Shown: positions 14,301 to 27,231, numbered from the whole stretch's first letter. The stretch: DNA of 63,036 nucleotides, filler included, from Choristocarpus tenellus KU-1152 (GCA_964200185.2; 12 parts of 12 records of this genome joined end to end with filler, not necessarily neighbours in it), one strand, 5' to 3'. Program-made: numbers and translations. The notes: generated by a model from the sequence alone, not told the origin.

Positions 14301-16262
14301 AAGGCTGTATATGGTGCGAATGCCTTTTGCATGTGTGTCTCTTCAAAACAATTTAGAGATGCCCTTCTATTTCATGTGTTCTACCACATACTTAACTAGT
14401 ATCAACCGAGTTAGAGGTTTAGGGTTAGGGTCATTGTACAACATCTTTCGTCTTGCTGCAACTTAATATGTATAAATGAGCTACGCCCTCTGTCCCATAC
14501 ATCTATAACATTATGAACTTTCACTTTTTGTTTGGACATCTCTTCAGAAGTACGAAGACTTCCCCGTGATGAATGACTCAAATTGAACCTCGAGATACAA
14601 TTGTTCGTAGGGTATTTTTTTGGTTTTCGTATTTTGTTCCGAAATAGTTCTAAATCTGTTCTAAGAAGTGGAACAGAAAAGACGGTCCTTTTCGGCCCCA
14701 TTTTCAGGGGCTGCGCTGCGTCCAGCAGTGGGTACAATGCCCCCCCATTGTCACACGACATCTCAGCACCTTATCAAACCTTATCAAACCTTATCAAACC
14801 TTATCAAGAGCCGAAAACTCTCGCTTAGCTTCCAGATCATTTGTGACATGATTTTCGTAACCAAGCACCAAGGAACCGCATCGATCACAGAAGCGACCTC
14901 AATTGACGATGCATGGTTCTACCTAATACCTAATACCTAATACCTAATACCTAATCCGTGACGGGTAGTACGCCCACATGTTTCTGAAGGAGGAAAGGGT
15001 GGGCTCCACCAGGGTACAGCACAAGAGTCACATTCCTAAGGTAATGTGTTCATCTGTGCCATTTTGCGCCGATATCGTTCCCACGATTTTGACAGCAAGA
15101 TTGAAGTCTAGGACGTTTGTGTCAACAAGGAGGCGAGGAGAAATTTGGTCTGCCATGAGAGGGGGCAGCAATATGACTTTGATGGTACATTACATCTGAA
15201 CTAAGAAAAAGGCAGTGTGAGGGAAGACTGCCAAAATCGGTCAGAATCAACAGAGGGATGTTCGGCATAGTGAAGGATTGGTGGATTGATGGGCACAAGG
15301 AAAGCAACGAAGAATGATTTTGGTGTAATAAACCCCCTAGGAATCCAACTTAAGAACAGCTTTTTCATCGGAGGTCATCTTGAGAAGTTACACCCTTAAT
15401 GTCACGCAGAGGGAACATATTTGATGGAGGTTATCCTCTGTTGATTATTTTCCACATTCTGAGGAGTACATAGCTGAAACTGTTGTACCTTGACTGTGAT
15501 TGAGTGATTGCACTCTCAAGGGTTTGAATGGATGATGTTGGTGTTGAGGTTAGATGCAGAGTTAGAGCTAGGATTAGGGCTCTCGCCATATGTGAAGTTT
15601 CTCTTTAGTTTTACAACATTGCTGGTCCTATAGTACCTCTTACCTAAACCCTTCTTTAGAGTAGCACAATCTTATTTATTCATGGTTGTGTGTCTTTGGT
15701 TGAGTCGAAGGCCTGGAAGAAATCAACCCTAACCCTAACCCTAGTGCTGAACTTTAACCGCATCATCTAACGTGAACAACTGTATCACCCTATTTCATTA
15801 TGTTGTAGTTAGAAGTATATCATAGTTGTAGTCGATACTTAGAAGGTATTCATCAATCCCCAACATATTGTTGTTCCGAAGGGGTCTCCTCTCTCCCTCT
15901 CTCTCTGTGAGCGTGTTACTGTGACACCTTGGGGACAAAAGTGATGCTATCCTGTCAAGAATGTTTTAAAATCCTCGCCTGCACAATTTTATTAGTAAGC
16001 AACCATCTCCCATCCTGCTACCTCCATCCTAAATCCCCACTCCCCAAAAATCACATCTTGCAAGGTGGCTCTCCTGAGCCCAGAGGCAGTGGACCCCCAC
16101 AAATCTGTTCCTCGTGCACTCTTGGTATCCTTGGTGCTGGTGACCGTGTTGTACAGCTTGACTGCCTTTTCACTTGCAGGGCTTGCCCCAGCTAAGGACA
16201 TACACTCGGAAGATGCATTCGCAGAGGGATTCCTGGATCAGGGGCTGGTGTGGGCATATCAG
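5386..16262 (+). CDS. APC-superfamily cationic amino-acid transporter (CAT-like), 3'-incomplete; exons 5386-5522, 5691-5834, 5961-6078, 6690-6881, 7800-7940, 16065-16262
   Basis: GT-AG joins keep the frame and give LERKLGFWDLVGVGVGGTIGSGVFV…AGPA…FAELS.RVPSSGGAYTY…LGE…FFGYTGFDKVALLSPEAVDPHKSVPRA, the canonical CAT motifs (G.G..IGSG, GFD, E...P...P). Confidence 0.9.
9300..13080 (-). mobile_element. Heavily decayed Ty3/gypsy pol inside intron 5 of the permease
   Basis: RT-like IDSIGGGKS…VQSAYHHIPVVNADSHKSGF…GKLE (12300-12480) and RNase H-like NHLALRYLQFMEDTDSTL (11260-11320), both on the minus strand; many stops; boundaries approximate. Confidence 0.6.
11593..11853 (-). mobile_element. MITE family A nested in the gypsy relic
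   Basis: TIRs GAGTGAAAGTATCTTAAGAGGGTA…TACCCTCTATGATACTTTTGACTC; body matches the other A copies. Confidence 0.85.
14670..15200 (+). mobile_element. DD39D-type mariner transposase relic
   Basis: IDDAWFYL and RVQHKSHIPKVM motifs, homologous to 57100-57480; interrupted by (CCTTATCAAA)4 and (CCTAATA)5 expansions. Confidence 0.65.
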
Positions 16263-16319
16263 GTGAAGTAGCAGATGGCATGAGGGCTACCTGTACATGC
16301 TATGGGGTCTGTGGTTGTT

Positions 16320-16357
<38 letters not shown>

Positions 16358-17357
16358 AGGTAAGTTTGTTTTTCAAGGGTTAGCGTCTAGATTTAGGTGG
16401 TTTTGTATGTGCACTTGTGGAGTAATATTTTGGTGTCATTTTTGCTTTTTGTTGAATTTTTTGTTTTTGTTCTGGTAAGATTGTGGAGGGGAGGCGGACG
16501 GACTCTTAAAGCTAGCTCTATAGTAATGGAGATAGTTGATGCCAACAAGACTTGGATTATCAGGATATTCAGAGGTGGCAGTTCCATGTTGTGCTATATT
16601 GCTGAAGTAAACGCCATCCATACCCCCCTCCCTCACACACATGTTCACACACCTTCTCCATCCCCAACTCTGGTATGCTCTCTCCTCTACCAAGGAGTGT
16701 GGTTGGCTCTTTGGGTTTGTTGATGACTACTGAAACTTTCATAATCATTGTAGGACCTCATCTTAGGATTTTACAAAGATGAGAGTCAACTTCCGTATGA
16801 AGATGATTTATCAATGTATATAATTCTTGCCTTCACTCCTTCTGAATATATAACTACTTTAACCCTAACCCTAATCCGTCTAGGTCGTAACTTCTCGAGA
16901 TGACCTCTAATGAAAAAAAACTATTTTTCATGTTGGATTCCTTAATATTTTTATTTTTGAGTTGAAAATCATTCTTCATCACTTTCTTCATGCTCATCAA
17001 TCCACCGATGCACCAGTCCACCACTCTGTCGAAAACCCCTCTGTCAATTCTGACCGATTTTGGCCAACCTCCCACACGCTGTCTTTCTTAGTACCGTTGT
17101 ACTGAACCAAGAAATCGTTACCCCCTCATGCCTTCAAAACTTGACTGTACCACTTAAAGAGGCTCTGCTACACCCTAACCCTGAAGTAGCTGTGTCGTAC
17201 GCTCCGTACATGCTCTTTACTATTTTACCGCCTTCGCAAGGTCTATCGTACCATAACCGCTCACTCCAAAACTCTACTCTTAGGGATGCAATGAAGTCCA
17301 ATTCATTGATATGTGAGATCAGGTGACTGCACAGGCTGCGTTAGACGAGCTTGACAT

Positions 17358-17358
<1 letters not shown>

Positions 17359-17402
<44 letters not shown>
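17359..17402. repeat. Poly-C tract at contig end
   Basis: About 44 consecutive C before the linker. Confidence 0.9.
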
Positions 17403-17502
17403 NNNNNNNNNNNNNNNNNNNNNNNNNNNNNNNNNNNNNNNNNNNNTTAATTAATTAANNNNNNNNNNNNNNNNNNNNNNNNNNNNNNNNNNNNNNNNNN
17501 NN
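17403..17502. other. Artificial contig linker; also at 20101-20200, 26336-26435, 29102-29201, 32864-32963, 36722-36821, 41746-41845, 47260-47359, 51898-51997, 56837-56936, 59472-59571
   Basis: Identical 100-nt N-TTAATTAATTAA-N block giving stops in all six frames. Confidence 0.97.
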
Positions 17503-19978
17503 TTGGTGGCAATGACACCCCCCTTTGGTGTTTGAAGTTCACTCTCTTTTCTTACACCTTCCTTACTTCATGTACAACCTGTTCTACACAATGAGGAAAT
17601 AATCGAGTTATTTACACACATAAGTCTTGGGAACACCAGTTTCTTTAACAAGGGCCAGAAGATCTACATCATGGTGACTGCAGGTGGTCGTTTCACCTAT
17701 TCATGTTCCCAAAGGAATGCTCAATGAATGCACTGCCCATTTTTCAGGCCCAGCTCACTGAGATTTAGGCTTGGCTCATATGCAAGGTGTGGCTCATTTG
17801 GGTGGATGACAACTCCATTTGGGATGCAGATGCTGACGATCTGGTTCTCAACATTGATGCAATGCTTGAGCAACGACAAACTTGTGTTATTTTTCTGCTG
17901 GCGACAAGAGTATCCTATACGCTCCAAATATCAAGTGGTGTGGTAAGGCCTGTTCTGGAGGCACAGTGAGTGATCATCCTGAACGAATTCAAGGACTACA
18001 AGATCTACGACGCCCTGATACTGCTGGTGAACTCATGTAGTTTTTGCAGGCAGGAAACTAACTCTGTACTCATCTCTCTAGCGTAGTCAAAGTGGTAAAC
18101 TGCTTAGATAGAGCCTTGGTGGAGGAACGCTTGTTGGGGAGCGTTACACCGTACTAAGCGAGTTGCTTCTATTCGACCTCTCAGCACCAAAGACGGACCT
18201 GGACTACTATAACAGCTAAAGCATGGATGGATAGCTGCACAGCAGTTTGTGAGTAAAGCGGTTGAGTTTTCTAGTCCACATGCAGATTGTGCTGTTCTCA
18301 TGTTTCCTGATGCCTCAGACAACCACTGGGGGTGTTTCCTCACCCAAGTCCGTATCAAGAAGTGCTCTCATACGGAGTGTTGGTCCAGGACATTACCCCA
18401 AGGTTTTCTTAGGGATCTTTCGTGGATCTCAACTGAGGTGCCCTACAGTAGATAAACAAGCTTGACTATCATTGCCACCTACAGGGACATGGAGTAACTT
18501 CTGTGGCAAGGTGCACACATATTCTTTGATCACCACTATCTGGTGTGCTTTTCATCATCCTTTGATACAGATCCGAACGAGGTAACTGCTCAATGTTACT
18601 CCATTGGGCAACGTCTGTTTCTTGGACAATAAAACTACAACCTTGAGCATATTGTTGGAGAGTGAAATTCTTGGGGTGATTTTTTTTTTCTGTTGGGGGG
18701 ATGTTTGCACGCTGTCTATTCATGCAGAGATGTTGCCTGCGCTGGAGGAGGCCAGTTCATCTAAAAATATGCACTCTTGGCAGGTGAGTAGAAGTGCAGA
18801 GGTGATGAATATTGTCAACATTGAGGGTGTGACTGTGGAGACTGTGTAGTTCATGACTCCAAAATGGCCTTTTTTTTGTGGATGTGAAAGGCAAAATATC
18901 GCTTTGATGTTGGCAATACTCTGTAGACCAACAACACATCTACACCGCTCTGCATTTCTGAGGAGTCAAAACAACTTCAGACCACACTCTTGGTTCGAGA
19001 GCACATGGATGAAACAGATCACTGCGATAAACTACCAGAACATTGCACCAACGTGCCATGTATATTGCTATTGGCCAACAATAGAGACTGACGTCTATCT
19101 TTGTGCAACAATGTCTGAATTGCATGAATTCTAAAACTGGGGAAATGGTGACAAGCCCTTACAGTGAGACTACACATGCCACCGCAGTTGGTGAGGTGTT
19201 ATACTTTGATTATCTGCATGTGGGGACTGATGGACCTTTGGGAGAAGTAGACTTGGCGATAGATACTGTAGGGTACCTTCTAGTACTGGTGGATGATCCG
19301 ATAGGTTTTACATGGTTAGAACCTACAAAAACCTGCAATGTCCTCCTCAATTCCAACCTTTAGGTGCATTACATGATGGAATGGTGTTGGGCCATTGGCT
19401 TGCCAAACATGGTGAGTTAGAGAGTAATTTTAAGAATCGAACAAATGAGAGAACGTTTTGTATTGGATCACTAGATAGCTGTGGCCAGTTCTCCTTGGAG
19501 TAACGGAACTGTCAAACGCATGATGAGCGACATTCTCAGGACAATGAAAGGATTGCTTAATGAGTGTTGTCGCCTCGTAATTGATTGGGTGGACTTTTTA
19601 CCAGTGGTGCAATGGGCACTCAATGCGGCATATGGAGAGCACTACTAGTCCAGTGTATATCATGAGATTTTTGGATGTGCGCCCAAAAATGCCATGTCCA
19701 CATTGGCAAGTTCACAGGAGGGACATAGAGAAGGTGGTACTGAATGAAGAGCAAATACATCACAACAAGTGTCATGATTGATTGAGGCTAAGCAGAAAGT
19801 ACAAGTGGTATAATGAGTTCAGTGCAATCAGCACCGACAAAATGAAGCTGCCAGCCTAGGAAAATACCCAATTTCTCTGTTGGTGATTTTGTCATAGAGA
19901 CTCGTGTGTGCAAGCAGGGCTCAACGCCTAAAATGGTGAGCACATATACGGGACCCTGGCATAGCATTGGTATGGAGA
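17503..19978 (+). mobile_element. Decayed Ty3/gypsy pol (RT-RNase H-integrase)
   Basis: Integrase motifs GEVLYFDYLHVG, YLLVLVDD, SPWSNGTVKRM, LLPVVQWALNAAY and YTGPW across frameshifts, with the integrase at the 3' end. Confidence 0.75.
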
Positions 19979-20100
19979 TGTTAAAACATAGGCTACTCAT
20001 CTGTTTGTTCCTTGATAGGATACAGTTCCACCAGTCAACACTGAATGTTGATTGGTTTGTTATGTTCTGGATGTTACTTTCACTAGTTCGTCATCACCAC
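19979..20100 (+). mobile_element. LTR start (TGTTAA…), truncated by contig end
   Basis: Matches the reverse complement of the 48060-48183 end of the solo LTR. Confidence 0.75.
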
Positions 20101-20299
20101 NNNNNNNNNNNNNNNNNNNNNNNNNNNNNNNNNNNNNNNNNNNNTTAATTAATTAANNNNNNNNNNNNNNNNNNNNNNNNNNNNNNNNNNNNNNNNNNNN
20201 GGTGGTGCTCTCCCTTATTATCTAATTCATTCGTCATCAAAAACGTCAGAAATATGTTTAAACATGTTTGTCACAGTTACACTACGTCGGTCACTTATA

Positions 20300-21300
20300 A
20301 GTTCAAGTTCCATTACTTATTCCACTATACTATAAACCATATAGACTATTAGTCTATATTGCACAATAGCATCCTCCCTCGTAGTTCCTCCAAGTGGTTT
20401 ACAGTCAGGATCGGAGTCGCCCCTTCTCCACTTTCGAAGTGAAAAACTCACGGAACAAATGTTGGCTGTTACCCACTGTATTCGGCATGAACCAATCATC
20501 CATTGCTCGGAAAAGCTCGCTTGGGATTTGGTGCGTTTAGCACAGAGCCCTGGTGGTGGGTGCAACAAGAGCAACAGTAAGTGCATGATGAGCCTCTTCG
20601 GTCATCCAGATATCATTCGCAATGAAGCCGTCTGAGAAACGTTCCTCATAGGAGCGTTCTTGGTTGACTCGTCTTTCACTTGTCAACGCACCCAGGCAGT
20701 GGGTATATCGACAATGCACGATGGAACGCTTCTACTAGTCCCGGTAGTCCGAGTTGTCTAATAGTTTCGGTGGTTGGGTCCTTGACGTCTTTGTCTTAGG
20801 GCGAATATTTTGTGCCCCTGACCCCAAACTCTCTGAAGAACCGAACCTCTGGCTCACCCCACTTCTGACGCTCACAGCATCCAAACTGTTTCCCCTCTCT
20901 GGGAAATTTTCTCTCATCATGGGACCCACTTCGACTGGTACGTGCCCAGCTGGTGGACGTGTGCTGGGCACAGTGACCTGGATGACGGGATGATTTTCGT
21001 CGCCAACTCTATCAGTCTGCAACATGAGATTGCCAACGTTTCTTGACAGATCCTCTACCGTCACCATAAGCTGTCGGAATTCTTGAACAGATGGGCCTTC
21101 GCCAGGAACTGGTAGAATCGCATCTCCATGTGTAGACATGATGAAATGATGGGTTAGAAACATAAAGGTTAAAGATATTGTGTTAACGTATCGCCCAAAT
21201 CATCCAAGAGGATAAATGTGATAAACCCAGCGAGATTGCTTGATATCAGTAGAGTGATTGATCAAAGGTACGTGGGGCATACAGAAGCCCATAAAATCAT
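20300..21300 (-). mobile_element. Probable LTR-retrotransposon gag relic
   Basis: ORF 20735-21163 and out-of-frame continuations, with a TTATGGGC PBS-like site near 21290; weak homology signal. Confidence 0.4.
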
Positions 21301-21576
21301 AAATATTTCCTTTTATATGAGAAAGTTTCTCATATAGTTCATACTAGTAAAAGGTTCTGAAAACTTAACCACTAATGATTGTTCTCTTACTCCATACATA
21401 TTATACCGTAACTGTCCGATAGAGTTGGAAGGGTCTAATAGAACATCTGATCCCAAACCTTGTGTCAAATACTTGGCCAAGCTATCTTGGTCCTCACTCG
21501 TCTGCTGTGTATGCCCACTTACTCCTTCACTATTTCATCGCAAAGGTAATCCTTCCGCTCCGTTACCTTTCCCTTT

Positions 21577-21835
21577 GAGCCAAAGTATCTTCGAGGGCAG
21601 AGCCGCGTCCATTTGGGGGCCAAACTCCAATGTTGCGATTTCGATGTAATTTTGGCTATCGTGTTTGTTAGGAAATGTCAATATCCTTGTTCCAAACACA
21701 CCTTTTGACAACATACACATTTTGCCTACTCCGAAATATTTTGGAGTAGGAAAATATCATAAAAAACCCCATGGGAAGCCAAGCTTCAAATGGACAAACA
21801 GGGCAAAACTCGTACCCTCTAAGATACTTTTACTC
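21577..21835 (+). mobile_element. MITE family A
   Basis: GAGCCAAAGTATCTTCGAGGG…TACCCTCTAAGATACTTTTACTC; body matches 48639-48899. Confidence 0.85.
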
Positions 21836-22410
21836 ATTGTCCTGGATTCTGCGCGAAGTAAGCTTGTTTCTTCATCTGCAACCAATTCCATCCGTCTTCC
21901 CTTACATCTCCTTAGTATATGCTCGAATGTTCCACCTGATTCAGGTGTGGGGTCACTGTCAGAATTTTCATACAGCAGGAACACCTTTATCGTGCTCCCC
22001 TCCTGTGACATCGAATCCACATCACCAATGCCAGTGTCTAAATTTTCATCCAAAACCTCTGTCTCCATATCCAACTCCCTTGGACTGCCTGCTACCACAG
22101 GACTTACCATGACTTCCTTAGCAGCATCTAGCCTGGACTCATCCACAGTTCTGCCACTTGGACTGGACTCCACTTCAGGCATCAAACCCCCTACCCACCA
22201 ATCTAAATATGGGGACTTCCAGTGGGGATTAACAGACGTTGAGGACAGGTAGTAACAGTGTTACCCATACCCTGTGCCTCAGTCCACAATCCTAGTCGAC
22301 CCCCCATACCAGGTGTATGCATCATCACCAAGTCTTTCTCCACAATCAGCGCAATGGCCCATTCCACTCTCCCGTTGAGTTGAGGAGTCCCAGGCACATC
22401 CTCATTCAAA
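21836..22410 (-). mobile_element. Ty1/copia integrase and linker fragment
   Basis: PGTPQLNGRVEWAI…LWTEA resembles the copia TPQQNG..ER…LW.EA motif. Confidence 0.6.
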
Positions 22411-25013
22411 TATCCACAGTGGTGTGTGTGTGTATCATCGCAAATGATACAAACAGGGATTTCTGAAGGCGTGCATACACAATGATGACGAATGGAATTG
22501 GAATAACTGAAGAATCAGTCTAGAATATTCGTTTATCATTTAGTTGGAATTAATCCGGTGGGGCCAGTGCAATAGTTGGTTCACAACTCTTACATATATA
22601 GTGAGAGAGTATCATCAAAGGTTAAGAGGAGGTAGTACTGCATACTGCAATATCAACCTATTTAACAGTTCCTACAATTCTGAAGCAAAACAATCTGTTA
22701 TCTTGTTGATTTAGGTCTGTCCATTGTAATAGTTCCTTCTTCAGACTGAGACTGATCACCTGCCTCACTCTCCACATGCATTTCGCTTTAATCCCGCCAA
22801 TCCAACCTTGAATTTATAATATATCTCAACAAGTCTTCCCAACAACCAATGCCCGTATTCCTCTCCACATCACACAAATACCTCACCCCTGTATTTTTCG
22901 TCTTTTCTCGCATCCAGTGTTGACAACTCTCAGAAACACAATAAGGAGATACTGATACCACACAATTCAAGAACGTCGCCACGAAACAGGGATAGCAAGT
23001 GTCCTACTGGATTGACGCAATTAGTCAGGAGTCTGGCTGTGGTCATGAGTGGTTCTGGGACAGCCTTGGACAATTTTCGGGGCAAGGTGTACAATTTTAC
23101 ACACAACACGCATATATATATATATTTATCAAACCCCAATGAGATCATGTGTGGTAGGTTTGCACAAATGAGAATAGCAAATTGCAGATCACCTGCGCTC
23201 CATTCCCCACACACAATGAATACCAGTGCACATGGTGGTGATGCTTACTTCTCTCGTATAGTTGGCTGGGTACCTCCTACAAATCTTACATGTAGAAGAA
23301 TATTCAGTTCACCATTCTACGCAGATGTATGGGTCAAATATGGTTTTCCTTCTATCTTAGAGGAAAATATATGTGAATCATGTGCTACCAGCTAGATGAC
23401 CTAATCACACACACCTCGAAAGTACAAATCATTGTCAGTGCGCGTGAAAATTACCTTGAAAAAGAGGGTATCTGGCACTTATTAAGCGTTTACACCTACA
23501 CTACAACATTACTTCCCCTTGTCCTACAATGACATACTCCGAACCTCCAAACAGTTAGAGGTCTGCTTTCATGACCTAAATCCGCCAAAGCAGTTCTATC
23601 TTCGCACGAACGAAGGAAGTCTCCTATAACAACAATCTACCCAGTGTTTCATAGTACATATTTGCACCAACCAAACGACCATATGAAGAGATTAGTACCA
23701 AAAAAGCACGGTTAAAGCAAGTATTGAAGTAAGGCCTGACTGCAAGGAGAGAAGGCCACAAGGTATGATGTTGCAGGAGGGAGGTGCTTCTGCTGATATG
23801 GTAGTGGAAGGGTCTGCTTTGATCACTGCACCCCTTGAGAGGAACAGAGGAAGCACTCTGCATATTGAGAAAGCCCAGTGGAGCTGCTACTACTGCTGTC
23901 GTGACAGGAGATGTTTGATGCTCAAGAACATGGAGAATGTGGAAGATGGATCAAGTGATAATTGGAAACCTCATGCGGAAGTAACCATTGTCATCAACAC
24001 TACCGATATGGGCAGTCACCACAGGACAAGCATCAATGGCAAGATGACCAAACACGGTTATTCACAACAGTAGCAGCAGCCGTGACAGAAGACACCCCTC
24101 TCCTACTATTATTGGCGGTGGTTCTTGTGTTGCCCCACCTCTCACAGTCATCATAGTGGATAAGATCTGCCCTGTGCCCGTCCATTACGTGGTATATTAA
24201 TAATCCACCTCACAGATTCCACATGGGTGTGGAGAAATTAGGGGATCATCTTCAGTGTGAGAGCATGGCAAGTGCTACATATGAGCCTCAAAAATACACT
24301 TGAACCTCTACAGTGAGTGACCTTCTTCGCACACAATAAAACGACAGTGAAAGTTGAAGCCTGTCTCATCTTATATCGAGTGTGACATTGCATAATGCTG
24401 TAATCCAGATTTCATCTTCTAAATGATGCTGACATATGTTTCCGTCTCATAATTGTCTCAACAGAGAATTGATACAACCTTACAATTGTTTTGTCAATTT
24501 GCTCTAAGGATACATATCCTGGACTTGAACTATCCTATAAATTGGCAAAAACTAAAAAGCTCATCTAACCCATGGCTACGTTGCAGTAATGCAATCACAG
24601 CGAAGCACTACTCCAATCAACTACTACTTGCTTAGTAACTGCATAAGAGACATACAAGACATAACATCATTCAAATAACCACAAAAGGCTTTGATGAACA
24701 AGTAGTGCCAACTTCTACAGTTTCAGACCACTGATCAAAATAGGACTACCTCGAGCAGTTCAGCACCGATCCTGCCAATATAACATACCACAATATGCAT
24801 TATCTACAATATCCACTGTGGGGTAACACACAAACAAACATAGAGGAAAGGAGCACTACAAACATGAACACCAATATGTCATAGGCTATTTTGATGGATA
24901 TCAAAGGAACTATAGAGGGTACATCAAGTAAAAAAAGAGCGGAATGCACTACTACAAATTCAGCATCCAAACTCTCCACTGCCGGAGCTACCTACCTTAT
25001 CTCAAACATTCCT

Positions 25014-25967
25014 CTAGCAGCAAGACAGAGATAACAGCTTAAACTTTGCAGAACCCCTCCTCGTCATAATAGTCTGATTTCCATTGTAGTCAGATGTCTT
25101 CAGTGTCTTCAAGGTCAACAACAAATTTTCTTTTTCAATAGTTTCTCTTTTCCCCTTTCCTCCCAAACCCTTTCTGGTCAGAAACGGCACAAAATTGAAC
25201 GTCTGGATTGAAATCTGTTTGTCCCAAAGTCCATCAATCCAGTAGGGCGAACCGCTCGGGTTGGGACTCTTGCCATCAATGAGGACTTCCACCATACCCA
25301 TACCCTCATAGCTACCGAGATAGCCCACTGAGATGGAAGAACCAATATGACATGAAAGGTTGAAAACAGCTGAAGCACCAGGTGACTCCTTACCATACAC
25401 CAGTAAGCCAGGTTTTCCTGGGACATCTTCGCCCATCATCCAACCACTTCCACCTTCATTGCTGCTATCACCACCAGAACTGGGTTCAACCACAGGCTCA
25501 ATAGGAGAGTCTCCTGTGGCAGCCATGTATGTTAGGTGACCTGTGAGGCACGTCTGCTCTGCACGTGCTGTGACACCGTCCAAGAATGGGATTTGATGAG
25601 TTGAGCCCCCAAACCTGGAGCACAAGTCTACATACTCATGCTGAAGGTAATGAATGAGGACATCAGCAAAGAGCTGGTGCGTTTGCCAGGGAGGATGTGG
25701 ATTCCCTTTGTGATGTGGGATGGGTGGACCCCAGAGTTGTGCAACATCAGAGGTGTCATTTTTATCTGGCCAAATGGCATGACGGTAGGAGACCATGGGC
25801 ACCTGGTAGCGCTCCGTGATTGACATGTGTATCTCAGCCATGTTCTCTTCCGCGTTTGCATGAAAGCCCTCCACGTATATCAGTGCTGGCTGGCTGCCCA
25901 ACCCAAGCACAAAATCGATGAAGGCCTCGTGGTCTACAAGGAGTCCAGATATGCTTCCTGCATAGAA
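25014..25967 (-). CDS. Terminal exon of an SGNH-hydrolase-like protein, 5'-incomplete
   Basis: Long open frame after a pyrimidine-rich CAG acceptor (25968-25970); motifs Y.VP.VSYR, HPPW.TH.L.AD, GYL.SYEGMG, IDGLW, KFKL…CC resemble eukaryotic SGNH-like proteins. Confidence 0.7.
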   Translation of the reverse strand, partial: FYAGSISGLLVDHEAFIDFVLGLGSQPALIYVEGFHANAEENMAEIHMSITERYQVPMVSYRHAIWPDKNDTSDVAQLWGPPIPHHKGNPHPPWQTHQLFADVLIHYLQHEYVDLCSRFGGSTHQIPFLDGVTARAEQTCLTGHLTYMAATGDSPIEPVVEPSSGGDSSNEGGSGWMMGEDVPGKPGLLVYGKESPGASAVFNLSCHIGSSISVGYLGSYEGMGMVEVLIDGKSPNPSGSPYWIDGLWDKQISIQTFNFVPFLTRKGLGGKGKRETIEKENLLLTLKTLKTSDYNGNQTIMTRRGSAKFKLLSLSCC

Positions 25968-27231
25968 CTGCCAGGGAAGAGAGGGAGAAGAAAAGAGACA
26001 TTTTAGAACTTAAACCAAGTCCTTTGTATGTTGAAACTTAGGAGACATGGTGCACATGTCCCCATATTCAGTATGAAGAGACAAGAACGAGTCGTAAGCA
26101 TTCTAGTTGGGGGAATGGCAACTTTATATAGGATCTGTGGGAAAGCAATTTTTCTTCCCTTCTATCACTTGTACATTACTCCACTCTCAAAACATATGAC
26201 AATATATCAAGTGAGAGGGCCACACCTGCCAGACCCATAAGAACCAAAAAGAGCATACACATGTGCCTTTTGTGCATAGAAAAGGGGGGTCTGAGTTCGA
26301 AATATATTACGAAAAAAATAGGCTAAAACCTTACCNNNNNNNNNNNNNNNNNNNNNNNNNNNNNNNNNNNNNNNNNNNNTTAATTAATTAANNNNNNNNN
26401 NNNNNNNNNNNNNNNNNNNNNNNNNNNNNNNNNNNGGGGGGGCAAAAGAGTGCCTGCACATCGATTTTGCAAGTCTTGTCAACCCATCAACTATGATATA
26501 CCATCACAAGAAGTGTACAGGAAGGAAGGAGTGGAGATGAGCAATGTAACATTTTTTTTATTCTTCAGAAGAAAAAAAAGAATAGAAAAATAGATGCAAT
26601 GGACACACAAACAAAAAAAAATGTTGCAACCACCGCCTACGCTGAAGGGATAGAATGACCACAGAGTGTCGTGCAGTTGAAGCACTAAGAAAGATCTTGG
26701 GACAACGCCCAAAAGACCAAGAGAAATTTATCAGGAAGATAGCATACTTCAATGCCACGATAGTAGCAAAACTGCAGCAGCCTAAAAATCGTTTGCATCT
26801 GTCCATGTAATCCTTGCAAACAGGAAAACTTCAATTCAATTCAATGAGGAAAAGGAAAACAACCCCCCCCCATAAGACTAACAATCAGTACATCAACCAG
26901 CTACATATTATAACTATCAAATCAACCAACAGCCACTTGGCAACACCAGCACGGATTGCCTGTGGAATTCATGTTGGTAGAGCTGTGGACCAACAGAGGG
27001 CATGTTATTTTTTTGTGCAATCAAATATTGCAGTCATGATGTTGGTGTACTCTCAGTGTCCCTGGTTAATATCATGGTATATTACCAGAATGAGATGATT
27101 TGATAGTATAGCTATAGGGTGATAATGCTCCAGGTGCAAGTTGCACCTTACTTGAGAGTGAGTTACAGGAGATATATATGCTGCATGTTAGGGGTGCCAG
27201 CACTTTAGCCACCAACCTTCCCCTTTCTCAC

